Source: Actinomycetota bacterium (GTDB lineage: Bacteria > Actinomycetota > UBA4738 > HRBIN12). Taken from it: a stretch of DNA of 47,546 nt. The notes under the pieces were generated by a model. That model was not told the origin of the DNA, ran no database searches, and saw nothing but the letters and a program-made list of their open reading frames with translations. The stretch is from assembly GCA_049587975.1 (NCBI GenBank), contig JBAVEY010000016.1:1-47546 (forward strand), given 5' to 3'. The stretch's first letter is position 1. The number at the start of each line of letters is the position of its first letter. The position numbers and the translations under genes were made by a program. Of the stretch, positions 40,618-47,546 are shown piece by piece.

Positions 40618-40666
40618 CCGAAGTGTCACACCGGCCGAAGTGTCACACCGGCTCCGTTCCCTCGTC
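40618..40666 (+). promoter_or_regulatory. duplicated ECF41-type -35 boxes (perfect 17-bp tandem repeat) with a downstream CGTC
   Basis: CCGAAGTGTCACACCGG occurs at 40618-40634 and again at 40635-40651. The second TGTCACA (40641-40647) is followed after 15 nt by CGTC (40663-40666). Confidence 0.55.
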
Positions 40667-40700
40667 TCGTGTTGAGAGAACGATGCGAGAGGAGGTCGTG

Positions 40701-40979
40701 ATGAACCTCGACGTGATCGATGCCGAGAAGCGCGCTGGAGCGTCCGCGGGCATCCCGGCGGGAAACGTCTGGGCGATGCCATCGCAGCGGAGCGTTCGAG
40801 ACGAGCCCGAGGCAGGGCGCGAACAGAAGCCCGGTGTGCTCTGGCGGGTCCTGTGCGTGGTGATCGGGGCCGGGCTCGTCGTCACCGGGTGGGCTTTGAT
40901 GATGACGGCGATCCTGTCCTTCATCGGGCTGCCGGTCTTCATCTTCGGGCTGGCGCTGATGCAGAGCGCGGAGCGCTAG
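40701..40979 (+). CDS. small two-TM membrane protein (92 aa)
   Basis: ATG 40701 lies 5 nt after the SD GAGGAGG. The hydrophobic C-terminal half is VLWRVLCVVIGAGLVVTGWALMMTAILSFIGLPVFIFGLALM. It is downstream of the ECF41-type promoter. Confidence 0.55.
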   Translation: MNLDVIDAEKRAGASAGIPAGNVWAMPSQRSVRDEPEAGREQKPGVLWRVLCVVIGAGLVVTGWALMMTAILSFIGLPVFIFGLALMQSAER

Positions 40980-41022
40980 CGAGGAGTGACGTCGGCTCGG
41001 CCAGATGAAGGGGATCGAGCGA

Positions 41023-41050
41023 GAGCCCGGCTCTCGACGGAGCCGGACTC
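41023..41050. terminator. hairpin between convergent genes
   Basis: CCGGCTC (41027-41033) pairs with GAGCCGG (41040-41046) around a 6-nt loop. The stem is extendable by GAG/CTC across one mismatch. No U-tract. Confidence 0.3.
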
Positions 41051-41068
41051 TCGAGCTCGGATCCTCGA

Positions 41069-41506
41069 TCAGTGGCCACCGAGCGGGATCACCGGGCACT
41101 CGAAAGACTTCACGATCCCGATGTCCACGGCGGCTCCGGCGTTCAGCGCGGCGAGGACCTCGCCGGCGCTGTCGAAGACGTCGTTGCTCCCGCCGTACGC
41201 GGCCGCGGCCGCGTCGTAGTCACCGAACTCCAGGCCGTGAACCCTCCACCGCCCTCCGTTGAAGCCCTGGTCACCCGGTGCTGCGGTGGCGACGTTGAAC
41301 TGCTGGACTCCGAAGAACTGATAGATCGTGTCGAACGAGGAGTCGGGCGCCCCGGTGTTCGAGAGATCGGTCGGCGTACCGACGGTGCGATAGAGGGTCC
41401 CGTCCACGTAGAACGAGGGCGATGGCGGGCCCTTCGCGAGAGCCACGCCCGGCAGGATCAGGCCCGCCCCGAGGGCGAGTGCGAGCACGACGATGCTCCG
41501 TCGCAT
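41069..41506 (-). CDS. secreted protein of unknown function
   Basis: Signal peptide MRRSIVVLALALGAGLILPGVALA-KG. The SD GGAAGGAG precedes ATG 41506. It is the last gene of the TetR-ClC unit. Confidence 0.7.
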   Translation of the reverse strand: MRRSIVVLALALGAGLILPGVALAKGPPSPSFYVDGTLYRTVGTPTDLSNTGAPDSSFDTIYQFFGVQQFNVATAAPGDQGFNGGRWRVHGLEFGDYDAAAAAYGGSNDVFDSAGEVLAALNAGAAVDIGIVKSFECPVIPLGGH

Positions 41507-41664
41507 CTGGAACTCCTTCCTACGATCGTTCGGCGAGGGGGTGGTCGCGCGTTCGCGGGACCACGGCCCGATCCGGCCGGATCACTTGCCACCCATGCTA
41601 GGCAGGCGACCCTTACGAGCCGCTCACGGGCTCCTTGTGGTTGGGTGAACGTTCCCGGATCCGA

Positions 41665-43749
41665 CTAGATGAACGGTTGGTCGCCGCCTCCTTCGCCTGA
41701 GGCCGACCCCGATCCGCCCATGGCCGACCGGAGCTGGAACTCCTTGCCGGCCGGGGCGAGGATGCTCACCACGTCGCCGGCTCGAAGTCGTGTGTCCGAT
41801 TCGGGGAAGATGAGTTGTTCCCCTCGCTGGATCGCCATCACGATGGTCCCTCTGGGCCACGCGCCGTCGGACACGAGCCTGCCCTCGGCCGCGGCACCCG
41901 CACGCACCTCCTCTTCGAGCAGGGTCGCGCCCCGGAACGACGAACCCAGTCGGTGGAGGCTCTCCTCCAGGGATCGGCGATAGACCAGGATCAGATCGGA
42001 CGCGGAGACCTCCCCGACGATCCGCCGGTCGGTGTCGAGGACGGTGACCCGTCCGGTGTGATCGACCGCCAGGGTCTCCATGACGGCATCGAGGTTGGCC
42101 TCGATCGGCACGGTCGAGGCCAACGGGTCGCAGGCTTGCCCGATCGCGTCCTCGGGATCGCGGTCGACCAGACGCTCGGCCTCGACCGAACCCTTGAACC
42201 TGCCGCCTTCGTCTCGAACGGGAGCACCCTCCAGGCCGAGCGCGATCAGCGCATCGAGCACCTCGCGTACCGAAGACGCGGCGTCGACCGTCAGCCTGGG
42301 TGTTCGCATCGCCTGCGTTACGGGAAGCGAGGCGAGGAGGGGGAGCGCGAACCGGAACCCGTGCGCCGGAGACTCGGTCCGGTCCTTGATCTGACTCGTG
42401 TAGATCGTGGCATCCCCGACGATCAGCGCTGCGAGCCCGACGGCCACCATCGCCGGGGCGAGCAGCTGCAGGCTCCCCGTCATCTCCGCAACCATCAGCA
42501 TCACCGCGATCGGCGCGTGCGCGATGCTCCCGAAGCACGCGATCATGCCGACGACCACGAAGGGGGCGGGGCTCACCGGCACCGCAGGTAGACCCGCCAG
42601 CAACCGCCATACGCCGGCACCCAGGAACCCGCCGATCACCATCCCCGGCCCGAAGATCCCGCCCGACCCCCCGGAGCCGATCGACAGGGACGTCGCCAGG
42701 ATCTTCGCGAACGGGAGCACCAGGACGATCCAGAGCGGCAGCGCGAGCAGGCGGGGGCTCATCGCCGCCTGCACCCACCCGTACCCCGTCCCCAGGACCT
42801 GCGGGACGGCGAGGGCCATCAGGCCGACGAGCAGCCCCCCCACCGCGGGCTTCAGCATGCGACTGCCAGGCAGTCGCTCGGAGAGGCGCGCGACCCCGTA
42901 GAACGAGGTGGCGTACAAGCGGCCGACCAACCCCGCCGCGATCCCGATCGCCGCGAAGTAGACGAGCTCGGACGGTCGTTGGAACCGGTAGCCGTGGAGG
43001 TCGCCGAAGATCGGCGAGAATCCCTCCACCGCCCCGAACACGGCGAACCCGACGATCGACGCCACGATCGACGGGATCAGCGCCTCTACCTCGACGTCGT
43101 CTCGGTACAGGATCTCGGCCCCGAGGATCGCGCCGCCGAGCGGAGCCCGGAAGATCGCGCCGATGCCCGCCCCGATCCCGACGGTCACCGCGATCCGAGC
43201 GTCCGCCGGTGTCAGGTCGAGCCATCGGGACATCATGGATCCGAAGCCGGCAGAGATCTGGGCCGTCGGACCTTCTCGGCCACCGGACCCTCCGGAACCG
43301 ATCGTGATCGCCGATGCCGCGATCTTCAGCGCCGACACCCGACCCCGGATCCCCTTGGGTCCGTGATGGACGGCGGCGATCGCGGCGTCGGTCCCGTGGC
43401 CCTCGGCCTCCGGAGCCAGACTGAAGACGAGGATCCCCGAGATCAGCCCTCCGAGCGCGACGACCAACGGGATCGCCCACGGGCGAGCGAGGTACGCGCC
43501 GGATCCGAACGCGTGGCCCTCGCCGAACGGGGTGGGCGAGGTGTAGCCGGCAAGGATCCCCAGGAAGAACCGCGTCGCCCACTCCAACGCCAGCGTGAAC
43601 ACGATCGCGCCCAGCCCCGCGACGATGCCGATCACCGTTCCGAGAACGATCCACTTGCGCAGGTACCCCATCCGGCGCAACCGCGCGGCGATGCGATCCG
43701 ACGCTTCGAGCGCCGACAGCCTCACGTGCTGCGGCCCGGGATCGTCCAT
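41665..43749 (-). CDS. ClC chloride channel/antiporter with C-terminal CBS pair and TrkA-C (RCK_C) domain
   Basis: ClC motifs GSGGSGGREGP, GIGAIFRAPL and GSGGIFGP. These are followed by CBS-like repeats and a terminal TrkA-C-like segment (LRAGDVVSILAP). Confidence 0.9.
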   Translation of the reverse strand: MDDPGPQHVRLSALEASDRIAARLRRMGYLRKWIVLGTVIGIVAGLGAIVFTLALEWATRFFLGILAGYTSPTPFGEGHAFGSGAYLARPWAIPLVVALGGLISGILVFSLAPEAEGHGTDAAIAAVHHGPKGIRGRVSALKIAASAITIGSGGSGGREGPTAQISAGFGSMMSRWLDLTPADARIAVTVGIGAGIGAIFRAPLGGAILGAEILYRDDVEVEALIPSIVASIVGFAVFGAVEGFSPIFGDLHGYRFQRPSELVYFAAIGIAAGLVGRLYATSFYGVARLSERLPGSRMLKPAVGGLLVGLMALAVPQVLGTGYGWVQAAMSPRLLALPLWIVLVLPFAKILATSLSIGSGGSGGIFGPGMVIGGFLGAGVWRLLAGLPAVPVSPAPFVVVGMIACFGSIAHAPIAVMLMVAEMTGSLQLLAPAMVAVGLAALIVGDATIYTSQIKDRTESPAHGFRFALPLLASLPVTQAMRTPRLTVDAASSVREVLDALIALGLEGAPVRDEGGRFKGSVEAERLVDRDPEDAIGQACDPLASTVPIEANLDAVMETLAVDHTGRVTVLDTDRRIVGEVSASDLILVYRRSLEESLHRLGSSFRGATLLEEEVRAGAAAEGRLVSDGAWPRGTIVMAIQRGEQLIFPESDTRLRAGDVVSILAPAGKEFQLRSAMGGSGSASGEGGGDQPFI

Positions 43750-43753
43750 CTCC

Positions 43754-44350
43754 TCACGTCGCGACGACCCCCTCCAGGAGCGCGTCCACCGCCCGGCGGA
43801 CGTTGACCCATCGGAATCCGGTCGCGTCGAGCCCCGCGTGCAGCATCAACCCGTCTCCTAGGGCGAGCAGGATCGCGGCGAGCGCGTTCGCCGGGATCTC
43901 CTCGAGCTCTCCGCTCCCGATGCTCTCCTCGATCCACGATCGCAGGACGAGGCGACGTCGACGGACGACCGCGGCGAACCGTTCGCGCAGCGAGGGAGCC
44001 GCTGACATCTCGGCCCAGAGATCGGCTCGCACCTGCAACCTGGCCGCGTCCTCGCCGCGCTCGAGCATCGCTCGGACGAATCGGCGCAGTCGCTCCACCC
44101 CGCCGATGTCGGCCAGGCGCAGGTCCTCCATGATCACGTCGACCGCGGCGGCGTCGTCCTCGAGGAGCGCGAACAGCAGATCCTGCTTCTGGTCGAAATA
44201 GACGTAGAAGGACCCTTTCGAGACGCCCGCCTCCGCACACACGTCGTCCACGGTGAACGACTGGAACCCCCGTCTGGCCGCACACCGCCACGTCGCATCC
44301 ACGAGATGCTGACGGCGTTCGTTCCGGACCGCGGGAGCGATACGCGGCAC
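43754..44350 (-). CDS. TetR family transcriptional regulator
   Basis: N-terminal HTH (GFQSFTVDDVCAEAGVSKGSFYVYF). GTG start at 44350. The stop is 4 nt before the ClC start. Confidence 0.85.
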   Translation of the reverse strand: MPRIAPAVRNERRQHLVDATWRCAARRGFQSFTVDDVCAEAGVSKGSFYVYFDQKQDLLFALLEDDAAAVDVIMEDLRLADIGGVERLRRFVRAMLERGEDAARLQVRADLWAEMSAAPSLRERFAAVVRRRRLVLRSWIEESIGSGELEEIPANALAAILLALGDGLMLHAGLDATGFRWVNVRRAVDALLEGVVAT

Positions 44351-44405
44351 GACATCTCCTTCCCCGGGTTGACCCGATCCCTGACGGGTCGTCCCGTTCG
44401 GTCAT

Positions 44406-44423
44406 AAACTGACTAGTCAGTTT
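44406..44423. promoter_or_regulatory. perfect 18-bp AT-rich palindrome AAACTGACTAGTCAGTTT, likely the TetR operator
   Basis: Lies 56 nt upstream of the TetR start, in the spacer shared with the divergent USP gene. It is conspicuously AT-rich for this sequence. Confidence 0.6.
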
Positions 44424-44512
44424 CTTGAATCCTAGCAAGCCCGCTGGACCGATATCGGCAAAGGGGATGGCGGATCGAGGAGGCCCCGAGGCATGCGAGG
44501 CAGCGATCGACC

Positions 44513-44944
44513 GTGATCGACCGCACCCTGCTCTCGATCGACACGTCCGCCCACGCGAGGCAGGCGATCCGACTCGCATCCGAGATGGCTCAACGGATGA
44601 AGGCGGAGGTGTTGGTCTTTCACGTGCGTGAGTGGATCCTGGGTCCGAAGGGTCCGTTCGACGAAGGGATCGAGGAGACCAGCAGGATCCTCGGGGGCGC
44701 CGTGCGGGAGCTCGAAGCAGATGGTGTCCATGTCCGCGTCCAGGTCAAGTCCGGGTACTTCGGGCATACGGCCCGCTGGATCGTCGAGGCCGCGCAGGCG
44801 TCCCGGGCCGATCTGATCGTCATGGGGAGGAGCGGCTCCTCGAACCTCAGAGGCACTCCCCTCGGGGGCGTGACCCACAAGGTTCTTCAGCTCTCGGATG
44901 TTCCGGTGCTCGTTTCGGGACCCGAGGCGACACGCGCGACGTAA
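44513..44944 (+). CDS. universal stress protein (UspA family)
   Basis: Contains LIVMGRSGSS...GGVTHKVLQLSDVPVLV, the ATP-binding USP motif. GTG start. Confidence 0.85.
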   Translation: MIDRTLLSIDTSAHARQAIRLASEMAQRMKAEVLVFHVREWILGPKGPFDEGIEETSRILGGAVRELEADGVHVRVQVKSGYFGHTARWIVEAAQASRADLIVMGRSGSSNLRGTPLGGVTHKVLQLSDVPVLVSGPEATRAT

Positions 44945-44978
44945 GGGTTCGGCAAGGTCTCGGAGGCATGCTGGTGGC

Positions 44979-46601
44979 GTGACCGAGCGAACCCCTCCCC
45001 CGTCGATCGAAGAACGAAGGGGCGATGGATCCACCCCTCGCGGACTCGATCTGGGATCCGAAGGTTCGGGTGGCTCCACAGGGTCGGCGTGGGGCGGTGC
45101 GGCGATCGGCTTGGTCGCCGCAGGGGTCGCGATCGGCGTCGCGCATCTGGTTTCCGGCATCGTCAACCCGCAGGCATCTCCGGTGATCACCGTCGGTCAG
45201 ACCGCGATCGACGCAACACCGGAGTGGCTCAAGAGCTGGGCGATCCGGACGTTCGGCCACAACGACAAGACCGTGCTCGTGGGCGGCATCTACTTGGTGC
45301 TCGCCGTGGTCGCCCTCGCCCTCGGCATCTTGTCGATCCGGCGCCCGCAGATCGGTATCGTCGGTCTCGCGGTGTTCGGAGGGATCGGCGTGTTCGCGGC
45401 GCTCACGCGCCCGAACGGCACACCGTCCGACGCCGTTCCCGCGTTCGCGGGTTTCCTGGCCGGGAGCGGCGCGTTCTACATGCTCCGGAGCACCTGGTCA
45501 CTCCCCGAGCCAGCCTGGAACGGCGACGACCCGCGAGCGTTCGATCGGCGTCGGTTCCTGGTGGCCGGTAGTGCGGGAGTTATCGTCGCCGTGGTCGCTG
45601 GCGCGACAGGTAGCGTGCTCGGCCGGCGCTTCCTCGCCAACGCGTCGAGGGCAGCCGTTGCAGTCCCGTTGCCGGCGAGCCCCGCGACGGCAGCCTCCCT
45701 GATCGACCTCCACGTGCCGGGTCTGGAGCCGTTCATCACGCCGAACGATCGCTTCTATCGTGTGGACACGGCTCTCCTGGCCCCCGCCGTCATGGCGGAG
45801 GACTGGAGGCTCCGGATCCACGGGATGGTGGATCGAGAGTTGACGATCGGATACCAGCAACTGGTCCAACGCCCTCTGATCGAGCGCGACGTGACGCTCG
45901 CCTGCGTATCGAACACCGTCGGCGGACGGTACGTGGGTAACGCGCGCTGGATCGGGGCCCCGCTCGCGGACCTGCTCCTGGAGGCGGGCGTCCATCCGGG
46001 CGCCGACCAGATCGTCTCCCGTTCGGTGGATGGCTTCACGGTAGGAACGCCGACCGCGATCGCGATGGACGGTCGGGATTCGATGCTCGCGATCGCGATG
46101 AACGGAGAGCCCCTGCCCATCGACCACGGCTTCCCGGTCCGGATGATCGTGCCCGGCCTCTACGGCTACGTCTCTGCGACCAAATGGATCGTGGACATCG
46201 AGCTCACGACCTTCGACGCCTTCGACCCGTACTGGGTGCAGCGTGGGTGGGCCGAGCGGGCGCCGGTCAAGACGATGTCCCGGATCGACACCCCGAAGCC
46301 ATTCGCAACGGTGCGCGCGGGGAACGTTGCGGTAGCGGGTGTCGCGTGGGCCCAACACCGCGGGATCGAGCGCGTAGAGCTCCAGGTCGACGAGGGGCCG
46401 TGGATGACCGCGGAGCTCGCGGCCGAGGACACGATCGACACCTGGCGTCAGTGGGTGGTGCCGTGGGACGCGACGACCGGTGACCACCGGCTCCAGGTCC
46501 GCGCCACCGACCTGACCGGCGCGACGCAGCCAGAGGAGCGGGTGCATCCGTTCCCGAACGGCGCGACCGGCTGGCACTCGGTGGTCCTCAGCGTGACCTG
46601 A
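44979..46601 (+). CDS. membrane-anchored molybdopterin-dependent oxidoreductase (sulfite oxidase/YedY superfamily)
   Basis: N-terminal multi-TM segment, then an Oxidored_molyb-like core (FYRVDTAL...CVSNTVGG...NGEPLPIDHGFPVRMIVPGLYGYVSATKW). GTG 44979 lies behind the SD GGAGG, but the start is uncertain. Confidence 0.8.
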   Translation: MTERTPPPSIEERRGDGSTPRGLDLGSEGSGGSTGSAWGGAAIGLVAAGVAIGVAHLVSGIVNPQASPVITVGQTAIDATPEWLKSWAIRTFGHNDKTVLVGGIYLVLAVVALALGILSIRRPQIGIVGLAVFGGIGVFAALTRPNGTPSDAVPAFAGFLAGSGAFYMLRSTWSLPEPAWNGDDPRAFDRRRFLVAGSAGVIVAVVAGATGSVLGRRFLANASRAAVAVPLPASPATAASLIDLHVPGLEPFITPNDRFYRVDTALLAPAVMAEDWRLRIHGMVDRELTIGYQQLVQRPLIERDVTLACVSNTVGGRYVGNARWIGAPLADLLLEAGVHPGADQIVSRSVDGFTVGTPTAIAMDGRDSMLAIAMNGEPLPIDHGFPVRMIVPGLYGYVSATKWIVDIELTTFDAFDPYWVQRGWAERAPVKTMSRIDTPKPFATVRAGNVAVAGVAWAQHRGIERVELQVDEGPWMTAELAAEDTIDTWRQWVVPWDATTGDHRLQVRATDLTGATQPEERVHPFPNGATGWHSVVLSVT

Positions 46602-46615
46602 GCGGAGAGCGGACG

Positions 46616-47377
46616 ATGAACGGGGGGTATCGCGTGGATCGAGGAAGTGCATCCCTCGGCTCGATGAACGCGAGACGTGCCACGATGTGGGAGATGGCGC
46701 TGCCGAGGGTCCTCGTCGTGGACGACGAACCGATGGTGCGTGAAGTGCTCTCGAGGTACCTGCGTCGCGATGGGTTCGAGGTCGCCACGGCTGCCGACGG
46801 CGAGGAAGCCCTTGCCCGCTTCGGCGAGACGGAGCCAGACCTCGTTCTCCTCGATCTCATGCTCCCGCGTGTCGACGGATATGAAGTCTTCCGCCGCCTG
46901 AGGCAAAGGGCTCCGACCCCGGTGATCATGCTCACCGCACGCGGAGAAGAAACCGACAGGATCGTCGGACTCGACCGCGGCGCCGATGACTACATCGGCA
47001 AGCCATTCTCTCCCGGGGAGGTCGTGGCCCGTGTCCGGGCCGTGCTCCGGCGCGTCGGACCGGGCGATCCTATACCGGAGGTTCTCGACCTCGATTGGCT
47101 CGAGGTCGAGACCGAGCGACGCGTGGTGCGGGTGAACGGTGAGCCGATCTCGCTCACCCGCAAGGAGTTCGACCTCCTGCACCACTTCGCGTCGCATCCG
47201 GGGATCACGCTCACTCGATCGCAGCTCCTCGAGGACGTATGGGACTTCGCGTGGGACGGCGACAGCTCGACGGTGACGGTGCACGTGCGACGGCTGCGCG
47301 AGAAGATCGAGGCCGACCCCTCGGCGCCGGTCCATCTGCTCACGGTATGGGGCGTCGGCTACCGGTTCGAACCATGA
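46616..47377 (+). CDS. OmpR-family response regulator
   Basis: Receiver domain (VLVVDDEP...DLVLLDLMLP) plus a winged-helix output (LTRKEFDLL...VWGVGYRF). The start could also be ATG 46685 or 46694. Confidence 0.85.
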   Translation: MNGGYRVDRGSASLGSMNARRATMWEMALPRVLVVDDEPMVREVLSRYLRRDGFEVATAADGEEALARFGETEPDLVLLDLMLPRVDGYEVFRRLRQRAPTPVIMLTARGEETDRIVGLDRGADDYIGKPFSPGEVVARVRAVLRRVGPGDPIPEVLDLDWLEVETERRVVRVNGEPISLTRKEFDLLHHFASHPGITLTRSQLLEDVWDFAWDGDSSTVTVHVRRLREKIEADPSAPVHLLTVWGVGYRFEP

Positions 47378-47546
47378 GCCAACTCGTGCGGACCGGGCTC
47401 GTGCTGGCGGGCATCGCAGCCCTGAGCGTGCTCGGCGGCCTCGCCGTCAGCGCCGCGCTCGGGATGAGCGCGAGCCAGACGGCTCACGTCGCAGCGCTGC
47501 TGGTCCCCGCCGGCCTCGCCACCGTCGCCGCCGCGGCGGTCGCCGC
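47374..47546 (+). CDS. sensor histidine kinase, N-terminal fragment (runs off the window)
   Basis: ATG 47374 overlaps the regulator stop (ATGA). Only the hydrophobic N-terminus (LVLAGIAALSVLGGLAV) is visible. Confidence 0.5.
   Translation, partial: MSQLVRTGLVLAGIAALSVLGGLAVSAALGMSASQTAHVAALLVPAGLATVAAAAVA

Noticed and set aside
41624-43654. 676-aa ORF in an alternative frame of the ClC gene, and similar alternative-frame ORFs (3711..4814, 8320..8868, 13162..14475, 25614..27320)
   Set aside because: The same strand or region already holds motif-bearing genes (ClC, Bpa/permease, pyrD, K+ channel/VIT1, ftsH). The alternative translations are Arg/Pro/Gly-rich with no recognisable domains.

Overview
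Very GC-rich, gene-dense chromosomal segment; no composition statistics were computed. Actinobacterial hallmarks are a Bpa/PafE proteasome activator ending in GQYL, a SigH/SigR-type sigma with a ZAS anti-sigma factor, a PIG-L/LmbE deacetylase, an LLM oxidoreductase and an ECF41/SigJ-type sigma. I can support about 50 protein genes, one tRNA-Arg(CCG), several hairpins, operators and promoters, and two or three decayed genes. I saw no rRNA, CRISPR array, transposase, integrase or phage genes. Many neighbouring genes are chained by 4-nt ATGA/GTGA start-stop overlaps. Housekeeping content includes sixA-like, pdxH, OsmC, an M20 peptidase, a PotABCD-like importer, pyrD/pyrE, an AI-2E transporter, a K+ channel, a VIT1 transporter, pgl, an ABC exporter, DNA glycosylases, ftsH, a ClC channel and a two-component system. 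The most unusual element is a roughly 10-kb divergent cluster (29320-39364). It joins a YgeW-type knotted carbamoyltransferase, an SsnA-type aminohydrolase and an XdhD-type fused 2Fe-2S/molybdopterin hydroxylase. These sit beside partners not in the enterobacterial version: an LLM oxidoreductase, two fold-type-II PLP enzymes and a second, atypical ATCase-like transcarbamylase. The biochemistry of this module is unresolved. A second notable locus is an ECF41 sigma gene flanked by three TGTCAC-type promoter boxes, one pair being a perfect 17-bp tandem duplication. The long Arg/Pro/Gly-rich ORFs in the track are off-frame or antisense shadows typical of high-GC DNA and were not called. Start codons are best guesses from SD spacing, overlaps and domain boundaries.
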